From: Felis catus
Taxonomy: Eukaryota
Direction: 5' to 3'
Assembly: GCF_018350175.1 (NCBI RefSeq)
Contig: NC_058368.1
Span: forward strand, 13,392,001 to 13,456,000
DNA: 64,000 bases
This document shows positions 23,749 through 36,445 of this stretch, piece after piece. Made by a program: the position numbers and the translations under genes. The notes under the pieces were generated by a model. That model searched no databases and was not told the DNA's origin. It was given only the letters and a program-made list of their open reading frames with translations. Every line of letters starts with the position of its first letter. Positions within the stretch are counted from its first letter, which is position 1.

Positions 23749-26374
23749 GTGGGTATTTTTAGTAAGAACGGGGCATAATCACCATGTCTGTGGAAGTGTA
23801 GCTCAAGTACATGGTGTAGCAGAGAAGACAAATATGAGTCAGAACATTTGAGTTCTGGCCTTGGTTGGAATACTCTTCTTGTGACCGTGGCTCCAATCTC
23901 TCTAAACCTCAAAATGGGATAATAATCCCTGCCTTCCCCTCAGGGCTCTTGTGAACATGAACTCGGAATGAAATAGGGTACGGGGTTGTAAGGGTCACCT
24001 GGTGGTGGGAGAGACTACAGGCAGAGGGACCCCTGAGGACCATATTTACCAAATCCAGACGAGCAGTGAGGAGCTGGGCCGAGACAAGCAGAATAACATA
24101 GTTGCTTGTCTTTTCCTATTCTCAGATAATGCATTCGTTCATTGTGCTTTTGTATTTACCCAGTCTTAGAGTTTTCTATTTGGAAGGTGTTAACATTACC
24201 TCAAGAATAGCATGTTTGTATCACTATCCACCACTTTCTCATGTCTTCGTGAGCAACCGTGACCTGAAAACAGATACCACTCTAGTTTTATGCTTATGTT
24301 CCCCTTCTGCACGTCCATTAGAAATCAGATGAGTATTTTCACTTTACTAAAAATGAGAATAAGCATGATTAAATTTTATCATATTGTGCAACAGTGTTAT
24401 TTGAATTTTTTACCCTGAATCTCTCTATAAAGAATATATATATACATATATACATATATAAATAGGTGTATATATAAAATGTATATACATATGTATGTAT
24501 AGAAACTATATATGCACTGGTGTTTTTATATATTCTACTTTTTTATATTGCTTAAATTTTGGGCTCAGTTTCTTTGGACTCCCCTTCTATCGGCTGGGCA
24601 ATGCCTACTTCCTATTAGGATGCACAGAGGTCTTCCGGCACCTCTATTTTCTCTCTCCTTTAACAGCTCCTGGGCCCTGCCACAGGCCTTTATTAATGGT
24701 CCTTCCCAGGGGAATTCATCTCTAGTGGCAAGCTCTGGATCTCACACACAATGCCGGTCTGTGCTTCTTGCATATGCTAACAAACAAGCTCTTTCTTCCC
24801 AGTGGAATCTGTCACAGAAACATACATCTCTTCAGCGTAAATAGGAAGCTGGCTTTGTAAGCTGAGGCTGTGGATTTCTAGGTGCCTGTTTATTTTAGAG
24901 CGATCCTATTGTTACTCCAAAAGGCCAGGGCTTGTCTTGTATCACCTGACTAATTGGAGAACAATCCACCCAGTGCAATTTTAGGCAGCCTGCCTCAGGG
25001 CTTCGGAACATCCTGTAAAGAGCATCTGCGGGTGGCTTCTTCCACCTCCTGGGGAGAAAAGAAACACTCCGGACTTCTTTCTCCTAGAAAATATGCAAAA
25101 ATACGATTCATCAGGCTTCTGACAACTTAAATCAACAAAGGTGTTAAGCCTTTTAAAATCTAGGGTTCGAAAATATTAATAGATGCCATCCGCAGAGACA
25201 CAGCCTTCATTTTCCAATCTCTGTGCATTGCTTTATTACAGTGTAAATTGGCAGCTGCTTATTACCACTTTATTTCTCAGATCACATGCAAGTTGGAAGC
25301 TAATTATTATGTGAGATCCTGGGGTGTGGGGAGAGGAAGTCTGGCATACAACCCCCATGCAATTTGCATCCCCACCCTTGACCCCACTCATTTCTTTATC
25401 TGGCCCCATTTAATCTCCCATGTCTGCACAGCAAACTCTATCACTCACAGGGAAACAGGCCTGTGCACATATGGAAGCAAATCAGAAATGGTGTTCTACC
25501 AGAAATTAAGAAAAGTGCTCCGAAGCCCCCAACCCTCAGACCCTTCTCTGGAAGCAATAAAAACTTGGGCCAGGAGAGGTGGAGAGGTTGTCTGAATTTT
25601 GGTCCAGGGTCTTAGGTTGGGAAAACTATGTCTGTCTGTACTACATCATCCCTCAGTTGTGTGGTGGAGCGAGGAAGAAGTGTGTCTGTACTTGAATGTA
25701 CCAATCGATACTTTCTTCAACACATACTTTCTTCATCAACGTCAACTATAAAACCCATCTCTTTCTAGTCTCAAAAACTGACCATAAGGTTTTCTCATGA
25801 AACCTCTGGTGGTCTTCCAAAATTGTTCCTGTTCTCTAGACTCAAGCGCAGCATTATCTTTTCCTGTTCACCCAACACTCACTACCCACTTTGTCACCTC
25901 AGACATTTTTCATGACTTATTAAATATGGCCAGAAGTATCTTTGGTTCCTTGTTGATGATCCACAAGTCAAGTCGACATCTTTCCAATTTTAGAAAGGCC
26001 TCTACAGGAGATTACATTTTCCAATAAGACCATCTTGAACCAACCCTATCAGTACGTCCATCTTTACCTGATTAAAACTCTGCTTATATTCCAAGTCTTA
26101 TTTCAAGCCCCATTTATTCCTGAAAGACTTCAGCAAAAAACAACTTCAATCCACAGAGATCATGTCATTTGCTAAAAATATATTACTTGGGCTTCCATTT
26201 GGAACCTAATTCAATACTGTCTGATAGGCTTTACTTGTCAGATACTGGTCTTTACACCAAGATGGTCACTTCCTCAGAGGAAGAATTGATTTATTTTTTC
26301 AACACTCCATAGAACCAAGAAAACTTCTGTTTATATATATAGGAAATGGCTCAGAAAAAGACAGACAAGTAATG

Positions 26375-27495
26375 ATTCCCACAATATCCATTCTACCCTT
26401 CCTCTTCAGTGATAGAACCCTCAAGTATTAGCTGAGCACATGGCTCCTTGGGTAGAGACTGTATTTCCCAGCCTTACTTCTAGCTATAAAATGTGAGTAA
26501 TTTCTATCCAATTGCACAGAAATGGTATAGTAGGCTGATAATAACTCCCCCAAATATGTCTTTGTTTTTCCTCCAGAAACTTTGGCTGTTACTCTAATTT
26601 GGAAGAGAAGGTCTTTACAGATGTATTAAGAATCTTGAGGGGAGGCTGGGTGGCTCAGTCGGTTAAGCGTCCAACACTGGCTCAGGTCGTGATCTCAAGG
26701 TTGGTGAGTCTGAGCCCCATGTCAGGCTCTGTGTTGACAGCTTGGATCTTGGAGCCTGCTTCAGATTCTGTGTCTCCCTCTCTCTCTGCCCCTCCCCTGC
26801 TTACATTCTGTCTCTGTCTCTCTGTTTCTCTCAAAAATAAATAAATATTAAAAAAATTTTTAAAAAACCAGAATCTTGAGTTGGGGGGATTCTTTTGGTT
26901 TATCTGACTGAGCTCTAAATCCAGTCACAAATGTTCTTATAAGAGAGAAGCAAGGAGAGATTTAATACACATAGAGGAAAAGGGAATTGATAAACTTTTG
27001 CTGGACAACATTTTGCTAGTGCTGAAGACCTTAGGTGTATGACTCATGGATTCACACAACCATCTCAGCAGAAGCCAGAAAGGGAGATGAGATTATCCAG
27101 GAAAATCTGTAAAAGGTCCTCTACTTAATAATGTGAATTTGGGTGACATACACAGGAAACCCACAAGGTTTTAAAGAATGTTATACCAACAGAAACACTG
27201 TTATCTTGGACTGAAAGGTGCAGAGACAGGATGAAGTGTAAACGTTGTTAGACTCCTATAAATTCCTCAGGAAAGAAACAGGCTGAGAAAAGTATTTGGT
27301 TACAAACATGTGCTACCCTCCAAGAAAAGGAGAGAATGACTCAGCAGAGGCACGGGTGCAGAGGCAGTGGCCTGAGCTGTGGGTGAAGAGGGAAGAGCTC
27401 CACAACCAAAAGATGGAGTCTCAAGTCACCAAGAATTATTCTCAGTCCTTGAAACCAAAATGGAATTTGTTCTTCTGGCTTTCCAAATTCCTCGG
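26375..27495 (+). mobile_element. MaLR (MLT1) LTR and internal-like fragments, interrupted by a SINE
   Basis: 'gtatttcccagcctt', 'gtctttacagatgtattaagaatcttgag...taaatccagtcacaaatgttcttataagaga' and 'ccatctcagcagaagccag'. Confidence 0.6.
26640..26869 (+). mobile_element. CanSINE (SINEC)
   Basis: Complete SINE; TSD agaatcttgag. Confidence 0.95.
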
Positions 27496-28364
27496 GACCA
27501 GTAACCACTAAGCAACAAAGACCATACAGCGTATGGTCTGCAGACCAATACCAGTCCGCAAAGTTGAAGAGCACACAAAAGCCGATGTAAATTTCCAAAA
27601 TTATATGTACTATTATGCAGTTATACATAATTATAGCATTATTTTTTAGCGATAGTCCCCACACTTTCTCATACAAATGTATTCTTTTTTTTAATATCTT
27701 TATTTTTTGGTATTCAAATGGTCCATCATATTTGACTCTCCATATCCCTTATCTTCACACCCAGACATTTATGTGCAACAACATTTGTACTTCTCAAATG
27801 TTTTGTGTATGTGTCCCATTTTTTATATTACGAGGTCCATTCAATGCTTTTTGATATAGTCTAATCTGATGAAATAACCTCTAACTTGTCCCAATATCTC
27901 CAAACTTTCTAATCCTACCTAAAAAACACCAAGATCTATCATCCTGAAACACAATTTTTATTGTCACTTCTGTTTCCCACTGTCTAAAAGATAAAGAGCC
28001 CAAACTTGAATTTATTAAGTATTTATGCAAAGTATACACCAAAAATGTGAACAGTAGTTACTCTTGTGGTTATTTAGAGGTTTAGATTTTTCTTCTTTGT
28101 ATGTTTACATATTTTTCAAATTTTCTATAATTAATACATATTATTTTGGAGGCAATTATCTAGGTCAGTTTGGGCTGCCATAACAAAATACTATAGCCTT
28201 GATCCAATAAGCCATGGCCAGGGTGGAAAGACCACATGGTGATCTGTATGTATGAGAACCTTCAGAAGAGGGTTGTGGGTGTACCAGGCATTCCCCCAGG
28301 AGAGGGTAAGGAAGTCACGCTGCCTGGTCTGGCCAGATGCTATCCGAACATAAATTCTATCTTA

Positions 28365-28760
28365 TTCCACAAACATTTATTATGTGCATTTATTATGTTG
28401 CTGGAATTTTGCTAGCTGCTAGGAATACAGTGATAAATAGGTCAAGGTCCTTTCCCTAGGAAATCTCTCACTTTTGAGGTAGGAGATACACAAATTAAAA
28501 TGATAACTCTATCATGCATCATGAAAAATAATTCTTCATGAAACATTAGTTAACAACTATTGATAAAGGTGCTCTGGAGACCCATAGGTCAGAATGATTA
28601 AGGGAGGTGTTAGTGAAATCATCACAGGCGAGACAAAAAAAAAAAAACAAAACAATTGGTCTTTAAGGAATGAATAGTCTTTACCAGGGAGAGTCTTTAC
28701 CTTTCAGGAGAAGGGGACGTTATGGGCATTAACTCATACATGCAAAAGCATATGGTTACT
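28365..28760 (-). mobile_element. L2 3' region fragment
   Basis: 'ttattccacaaacatttattatgtgc...gctaggaatacagtgataaa'. Confidence 0.6.
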
Positions 28761-30289
28761 CAGAAACAAAGAACATATCAGGGAAATACCTATATACTAG
28801 TTCAAGATCCTATAAGGAGATGGAGAGTGATGAAAAAAAACCCTGTAATATAGTTCAAATTCCAAGGAATCTAGACTTTTTTGTCTTGTTGCTGCAATCT
28901 TTTCCACTGGAAATAAGTTCTTTCTCTGAATCCCCTTGCAGATCATATGGTATTTGCTATATTGGGGGTATGAAGTCATTTGCTTATCTTATCTATTCTA
29001 AAGAATATAAGCACATACAAGGGAGAATCTATTGATTATTTTCTGTATCTTTATTGCATTTAGCACAGTGCTGTAGATATAATAGACAGTCAAAAATTAA
29101 GTATGTCAAGTAATAGTGTTTCTTCCTTCTGGATTATTGAGATACCGTCTTGATAATTCCCCCAGAAATACCTGTGACCCTAGATGTTGATTCTAAAGAA
29201 AATAAGAACATTTCAACTTATTAGTTCAAGATGTACTGCAGAAAAGGGCCAAAGAGGAATGGGAGCCTTGTCTCAAAAATGCTGATCCAGGGTTAGAGTC
29301 ATCAAGCACGTTGTCTTACTGAATCCTGAAAGAAATCTGAAGTTTTGAGCGGTTATAAACATCCATCTCACTGACAGAAAGAATTATTTCTTTTTTCCTT
29401 AAAGGGTTTACTGAGAAGAAAAAGGTTAAATATAACCATAACTAAACCCAAATGTGGTTTGGCAATGCACATGTAGAAATAGCACTAAATCAACAATAGA
29501 ATAATATCACCGCTGACATATGTAATGCTGACAAAGGCAGTCGCTGACATTGAATGTTAGAACTGATGTCAGCAGATGATGCTGGTGAGATGGCTCACCA
29601 GGTGAGATGGCTCTATGCTGGAAGTGTGTTCCTTTAGAGGAAGTATTTTCAAGTTTTCCTTCACCCAGGCCCTTCAAGGTAATCAAGGTCTTACCACTAA
29701 AGTGAAAAGAAGCATAGCCAAATTCAGAACAATGAGGTGCTTCCTGGATGACAACTCACCCCAAGCTATTCTTGAATAAGAGGCAGACACCTTGAAGTCT
29801 TTGTCTATATGATTCCATACTATGAGAGACTTCTTCATCCACTTTCAGCGTGCTTTTCCAGTTCTTGGCCAGTCATTCTAATGACAAAGGATGAAAACAG
29901 CATCTGAGTTTTTAATGAAGATTTTTCCTTTTGTAACTCAACTGCTGTGACCATTATTTTAATCCAATTATGGAATTTTGGCAATAAGAGATTGACTTTA
30001 TTCTCTCTTTTCTTTACATATTTTCTTTCTTTCTTGTAACTTTTTCATTAACAGATGTTACAGCTGACCTTAAAAATAACAACATTTAGAGATTAAGCAA
30101 GAAATAAAAAAATAATATTCTTTGCCTTTATTCTCCTTTAATATCTAACTTGTGCTGGTAACAAATAAGTTCTGGGCACTGGTTTCACAAGCAAAGCTAT
30201 GCGGGGTATGGCATCCCTTGATAATGGGCATACTATTTTCTCGAAATATCAGATCGGCCACCGTGAAGTAGCTTTTCCTTTTACTATCA

Positions 30290-30740
30290 GTGACCAACAT
30301 CTCTGTTGCTTCTCCATGGCATCCAACATGGTTGTCTGCTCCTTTCTCAAAATACTTTCTTCTCTTGACTTTTCTTCTGTTCTTGGCTAAATCTACCTCT
30401 GGAGACTTTACTTCTTCCATCTAAGCCCTAAATGCTGAAGTTCTCAGAGACTGATCTTTGACACTCTTCTTTAAATAAAATAGACGATCTCATCTTACTC
30501 CTAAGATTTAAATTATCATCATATGACATATATTTCTAAATTTTTATGTCTAAGTGATCCTTTCTTTTAGACACATGAATGCAACTTGCATGTTTCTGTG
30601 TTTCCTCATAGCTGCCTCACAAATACTCTAATTTAACCTATTTAACCTAAATGTTTGAGTTTTGTCTCCAGATCTGCTTTAGTTCCATAGTTTCTCGTGT
30701 CCTTTAACGGCATCTTCTACCCAACTGTTCCTGACATCAG
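30290..30740 (+). mobile_element. L2 fragment
   Basis: Pyrimidine-rich 'ccctaaatgctgaagttctcag...tttaaattatcatcatatg'. Confidence 0.55.
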
Positions 30741-30998
30741 TCAATATGTGACACCCACCCCACTCAGCCCATATGTGATCAGCACCAAGTTCCCAATTTA
30801 CAAAGACTTAGAAAACAATCAGAGGTTTTCTCACTTAAAATATCTCGAGATAAGCACTATTGGCACTGGATCAATGGCTTGACAAGTATTGTTACTTTTT
30901 TGTTGCAAGATGGTTATCCATACAGTGAGCATTAAGAGCCAGAATAAGAGGGCAATACAAAATTTATAGCATATAGTAAATATAAAATGTATAAAGTT

Positions 30999-31246
30999 GG
31001 GGTGCCTGGGTGGTTCAGTCGGTTGAGCGTCTGACTTCGACTCAGGTCATGATCTCGCAGTCTGTGAGTTCGAGCCCCGCGTCAGGCTCTGTGCTGACCG
31101 CTCAGAGCCTGGAGCCTGTTTCGGATTCTGTGTCTCCCTCTCTCTGACCCTCCCCCATTCATGCTCTGTCTCTCTCTGTCTCAAAAATAAATTAACGTTA
31201 AAAAAATTTTTTAAATAAAAAAATAAACATTAAAAAATAAATAAGT
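30999..31246 (+). mobile_element. CanSINE (SINEC_Fc-like)
   Basis: Complete SINE; TSD aaaatgtataaagt. Confidence 0.95.
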
Positions 31247-31519
31247 AAAATGTATAAAGTGTTTAAAATATATTTGTTAAAAGTAGGAATAAAAGGGAAA
31301 GACCTCCCCAGTTCCCAAGGACTTTCACAGCAGCCTTCTGCTAATGTTCTCCCAACCAGAACGTATTGCACCCCTCCTCTCTGCAGCTGCAAAGCGGCCA
31401 CAGATAAGCAGTCAAGAAGAAGGTATGGTCAGCCAATCTCTACCGGCAGATGAGGAAGCGATGGAGCAGACATCAAGTTTGCATTGAAGAAAGGTCTGTT
31501 TGATTTCCCTGGTTTTAGG

Positions 31520-31975
31520 TCAGCCGTGCAGGATATTCTCCATACGTCTTCCAGATCCACTCTCTGCCCTTCTCACTCTACTCTTAGCCCTGGGAGTCTG
31601 ACCATGGGGTTTGTAGGGATGGGGAGAGGGGGACCAGCAGGATTTCTTGGGGCAGCAAGAAACGGTCCGCCCCAGGTTTCCCTCCATGCAAGACCAGGGC
31701 TAAACCAGCGCTATTCTCTGCTCTAGTTTCTTCCAGGCAGCCCTCTTCTACAGCTGAGCTCTCTTTGAGTTTTGGTCACAGCTGTCTCCAGGTCCCCCTC
31801 AAGCCCGGGGTGACCATGACACGCCCACCAGTTTCTGGCTCTGGCGCCCTTAGCGTTGACTGCTGCTCTTTCCCTTACCAGCGCCCGCACCTTTGTGAAT
31901 GGCCTTTCATGAAACCCTCTTCAGTCATCCCTTTTAGAGTGCCATCTGTTTCCTGTCCGATATAGTAATCAATAC
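31520..31975 (+). mobile_element. ERV-L LTR (LTR33-like)
   Basis: 'ccagatccactctctgcccttctc' and 3' end 'cacctttgtgaatggcctttcatgaaaccctcttca...gtgccatctgtttcctg'. Confidence 0.7.
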
Positions 31976-32717
31976 TGTAACATCACATTATTCATATTGT
32001 TAATGATAACACCACACCCCATACAGAATGAGATGAAAACTGGCTGAACGTGGGCGTGGGAAAGGGAGCGGTTGATCCGCTGGCTGTTTGCCAATGAGAG
32101 AAAAACCTTTGAAATTCCCTTTCGTCCCACCAGATTCTGCACAGCCACTGAATGGGTAAAAATTGCCTCCCAGTAATTTTTCTTCAATTTGGAATACTAT
32201 CAATTTTTCTTGTTCATCCACCCAGCACCTTATCACATGGAAGAAGGAAAATGAGGACCTGATCACATAGGAGAAGGAGGAAAACAAAGGATTTAGCTTG
32301 ATGTGGGAAGCCGCAAGCCAGAAACTGGCGGAAGCCTGCTCTTCCTTTCTGAAGAGTAAATAAACGTCTAGAATGTGTGTGCATAGAGTATTCCTTTGGA
32401 AGCACGCCTTTTTCAATATTTCTGAAGTCTTTATGACATTCCTTTCTACTCCTCCCTGTCCTGTCTCTACTGGTGGGTTTATCTCCAAAATTTGTTTTCT
32501 TCTTCATATCCTTTAACAGTCTCTTGGAGGGCGTTAGGAGGAAGGAAGGGTGGATCTTTGTATTCCAGCTGTGAATGTGCTAGAAATAGGGAAGACCAGG
32601 AATACTGATCCATTTGCATAATATTATTTTTTTCTACACAAATACTCTTGTCAGCTATTAATTACACCTACATTTTTCTGTTTTCTTTTTTTTGCCATGC
32701 TTTGTATATTATTGGGC

Positions 32718-33196
32718 TTTTTAAATAATTTTTTTAATGTTTATTCTTGAAAGAGAGAGACAGAGAGAGCATGAGGTGGGGGGGGGAGGGGGAAGGGCAG
32801 ATAGATAGAGAGACAGACAGATAGACAGAATCTGAAGCAGGGTCCAAGCTCTGAACTGTCAACACAGAGCCCAATGTGGGTCTCGAACTTATGAACTGCG
32901 AGATCATGACCTGAGCTGAAGTTGGACACACGTAACAGACCAAGCCACCCAGGCGCCCCTATTGTTTTTTTTTATATATACAATTTTTTTAATGTTTATT
33001 TTTGAGAGAGAGAGAGAGAGAGAGAGACAGAAAGTGAGGGGGAGGGGCAGAGAGAGAGGGACATAGGATCCAAAGCAGGCTCCAGGCTCTGAGCTGTCAG
33101 CACAGAACCCAACGTGGGGCTAGAATTCACAGACTGCGAGATCATGACCTGAGCCAAAGTCAGACGCTTAACTGACTGAGCCACCCAGGCACCCCT
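32718..33196 (-). mobile_element. Two tandem CanSINEs (~32718-32959 and ~32965-33196)
   Basis: Two reverse-complement SINE heads with tails. Confidence 0.93.
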
Positions 33197-34049
33197 CTTT
33201 GTATGTTATTATTAATGCTTGTATTTAATAGGAAAAAATAGTGAGTACATTTCTGGAACTTCAGTGTCTCATCTTCCGGCTACTATAAACCAGCCTCTCC
33301 TGTTTCTTATATGTACTTCCTTCCCCAGTTAAAGTTTTAGACTTTAATGTAAAAGTCTGTGTCTTTGGATTATCCCATATTTAGCAGTAGATGATATGTT
33401 TTGGGGGGGGGAGTAGAGTAGGAATAAAATAATTGCTTGGGAATAATATAAATGCTATAATGAGAATTTTTAAAACATAAATATTATAAAAATCTCTTGT
33501 AGTTTTCTCTGCCAATGAATAAATAAATCATATTTCTTTAAGGCATTTATTAGTATGCTGATGAAAATTTTAAGACACAGTCCTGACTATCACAATAATG
33601 AAATACATGAAACCCAGTAATGAAATTCTGTAACATTCTTGCAGTATCTGAGATTTAATTTAAATGACTCATAGACACAAAAGTAGAAAAATTAATGCAC
33701 TGGTATGATAAAGCACAGCTTTTGAAAGTGGAAAGGACTTTAGTAGGGTAGTTTAACCATTATTTATGAATAAAGCAGGGTTATCTTTTAATAACTGTAT
33801 CCCATGATCGGTGAGGAGTTGACTTTTCTGTCCTATAACTTTCCTCATGATTTATTTGTCCATGAGTATGACAGATAAAGAAGGCTAGAACTTTGTGGAA
33901 CTAGAAGAAATGGTCAGGTACACCTAACTAACCCTCTTATGATGAGGAAAGCAGGACTAGGGAAGTCAGTGGCTTAACTTGGGTCACACACTTTGCTGGG
34001 ACCAAAACCTAGGACAGTTTCATTTCAAGTCTAGTCCAAAACTTATTTA

Positions 34050-34205
34050 TGTTAGAATGCTTTGTGTATTGGATCAAATACAGATTCCTAGGACTCACTG
34101 CCAGATCTAATAATAAGAGTTTCTAGGAGAGCCTCCAGAATCTGCAGTTTTTTAAAACTTCCCTAGGATGAATCTTGCCTACGTTGATGTTTCAGAATCA
34201 GTTTC
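34050..34205. mobile_element. MER5-type hAT MITE
   Basis: 'aaatacagattcctaggactcactgccagatctaataataagagtttctagg...gaatctgcagtttttt'. Confidence 0.7.
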
Positions 34206-34713
34206 TTCAGTCAGAGGTTCTTCTCCTCCAGTTGTATTTCACATGTAGCCCAGGAAGTGGGCTGGGGGTACAGACAAGTCACCCACGGGGGTAGGTGGTA
34301 GTATGAAGGAAGGGGACAAAAGCCATAGAATGAACCAGGACCATCAACCCACAGGATCCATATTACTTGAAGATTTGGAAGAAATCTTATTTTTATATCA
34401 AGGTAACCATTACATATAATGTGGTAGTGAAAAAGAACATCTACACCACCTTTAAACCAAGACTTCCAAGAAATTTGGGGTCAAATTGCATAGCTTCACC
34501 TTCCAGCCAGAGCAGAATGTTTTAGGGGCTTGTGGCCTAGGGGTGGCTTCGGTATCTTTTTTTTTTTTTAATGTTGAATTTCTCAATCAGAAATTTCTCA
34601 GTCATTGTCATAACATTACCTTTATAGAATCCCTCCTGCATTAAAATTGACTTAATGTTTTTCTTTAAAGTAACTTAATCTTTTTACATAACCTGATCCT
34701 AATGACATTCTAG

Positions 34714-35567
34714 TGTACATGCTCTGACACCAATTCTGACACCAGCCGAGTCTCCTATGATTCAATTCAATTCTGACACTACCCAGATTTAGTGCAGACC
34801 CTACAAAGAAAGGAGCCAAATTCCACAAAACTGCCCCCCTTCAGATCCCAGGCACAAGTCCTGGATATCCTTAAGCCATTGCACTTTGTAGCTAACCAGC
34901 TACAGATTCATGGCTTCTCATAAACCCCTCTGGTTTGATAATTCACTAGAACAACTCAGAGAACTCAGGAAAGTGCAGAACAACTCAGAGAACTCAGGAA
35001 AGTGCAATACATGATTACAGTTTCATTATAAAGGATGCAACTCAGAAACAGCCACATGGAAGGAGATATACAGGGCAAGATTTTGAGGGGGTGGGGCAAG
35101 AGCTCTGTCCCCATGAAACTGTGATAGTCTGTCTGCCCAGAACATCTACATGTTACCAACCAAGAAACGCCCAAGCCTCCTTCAGAGTTTTTATCAAGGT
35201 ATTATTACTTAAGCATGATTGATTAAATCATTGGCTAAGAGATGAATTCAATCTCTAGACCATTTCCCCTTCCGAAAGGTTGGTAGAAAGGAGCTGAGAA
35301 TTCCAACCTTTCAATCACATGACTGGTTTTTATGGTGACCAGCCTGCAGCCTCAAGCTACCAAGGGCCTCTCTCATTAGCATAAACTCAGGTTATAAGGG
35401 GGTCCTTATGAATGAGAAAAGACACTCCCATCATTCAGGAAATTCCAAGCGTTTTTGAAACTCTGTGCCAGGAACCAGGGACAAAGAACAAATATATATT
35501 TATTTTATTATATATACTTATATATAATATATATTAATATTATATCATATATAATCATTATGTCACA
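34714..35567 (-). mobile_element. MER21-like solo LTR
   Basis: 'ttcaattcaattctgacactacc...agtgcagaccctaca', 'gataattcactagaacaactcagagaactcagg' and 'tgccaggaaccagggacaaaga'; ends tcaca. Confidence 0.8.
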
Positions 35568-35848
35568 GTATGATAATTATATGTTTTTTCTAATGAATTT
35601 TTTAAGTATGAAAATATTACAAATATCACTGGCCTCTGTCTATGTCCTTTTTGGCTTAGCAATGGTAGATACATCCGCTATACATGGGCAAATCTTGTTT
35701 TGTCACATTGCCATACTAGGGTCTACAAATACTCAAAAGGAAAACCTGTAATTGAATGCATTTGTTTTAAGGTTTTGCTATCTAAATGTCTATGCCCACC
35801 AGTACCAGGCCCATTCTCTATTGATTGTTTCAGATCAGGCTTAAGAAT

Positions 35849-36445
35849 TGTATTAGTCAGAATTCTCCAGAGAAACAGAGGCTGAGAAGTTTCATGATCT
35901 ATATAAGCTGGACTATATATCTAATTCTAAATCTAAATCTAAATCTAAACCTGTATCTGTATCTATCTCTATCTTTATCTCTATCTCCAGCTCTATCTCT
36001 ATCTCTATCTATCTCTATCTCTACATCTACATCTACATCTATATCTTCTGTCTCTATCTCTCTATATATCAATCCATATCTATATCTATACCTATCTATA
36101 GCTATCTACTATATATCTATAGCAGGACACCAAAGAAATCCAGTGGTTTCAAAGGCTAAGAGCCAAAAAGTAAATGTTGTAAATTTCAGTCTGAGTCTGA
36201 AGTCCTGAAAACCAGAGATCTGAGGACAGAAAATTGCTGTCCAGCTCAAATAAGCTGAGGGAGAATCCTCCCTTCCTCTCCTTTTTGTTTTATACAAGCT
36301 CAGTTAATTAGATGATGGCCGCTACATTGGGAGGGACAATCTACTTTACTCAGTCTACCCATTCAAATGCTAATCTCTTCCAGAAACTCCCTCACAGGCA
36401 TACCAAAAAATCTAGCCACGTTGACACATAACATTAACTATCACA
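35849..36445 (-). mobile_element. MLT2 (ERV-L) solo LTR
   Basis: Runs tgtattagtcagaattctccagagaaacaga ... ttgacacataacattaactatcaca with a perfect 5-bp TSD agaat. Confidence 0.9.
35915..36121. repeat. Degenerate hexamer microsatellite (TCTAAA/TCTATA/TCTACA)
   Basis: Directly visible, inside the MLT2 LTR. Confidence 0.9.

Noticed and set aside
32000..32507. 162-aa and 97-aa overlapping minus-strand ORFs
   Set aside because: No recognisable homology; probably chance or old repeat-derived sequence.
34723..35005. Short recurring repeats (tctgacac; 29-mer) as a CRISPR-like array
   Set aside because: No repeat-spacer periodicity; mammalian LTR context.
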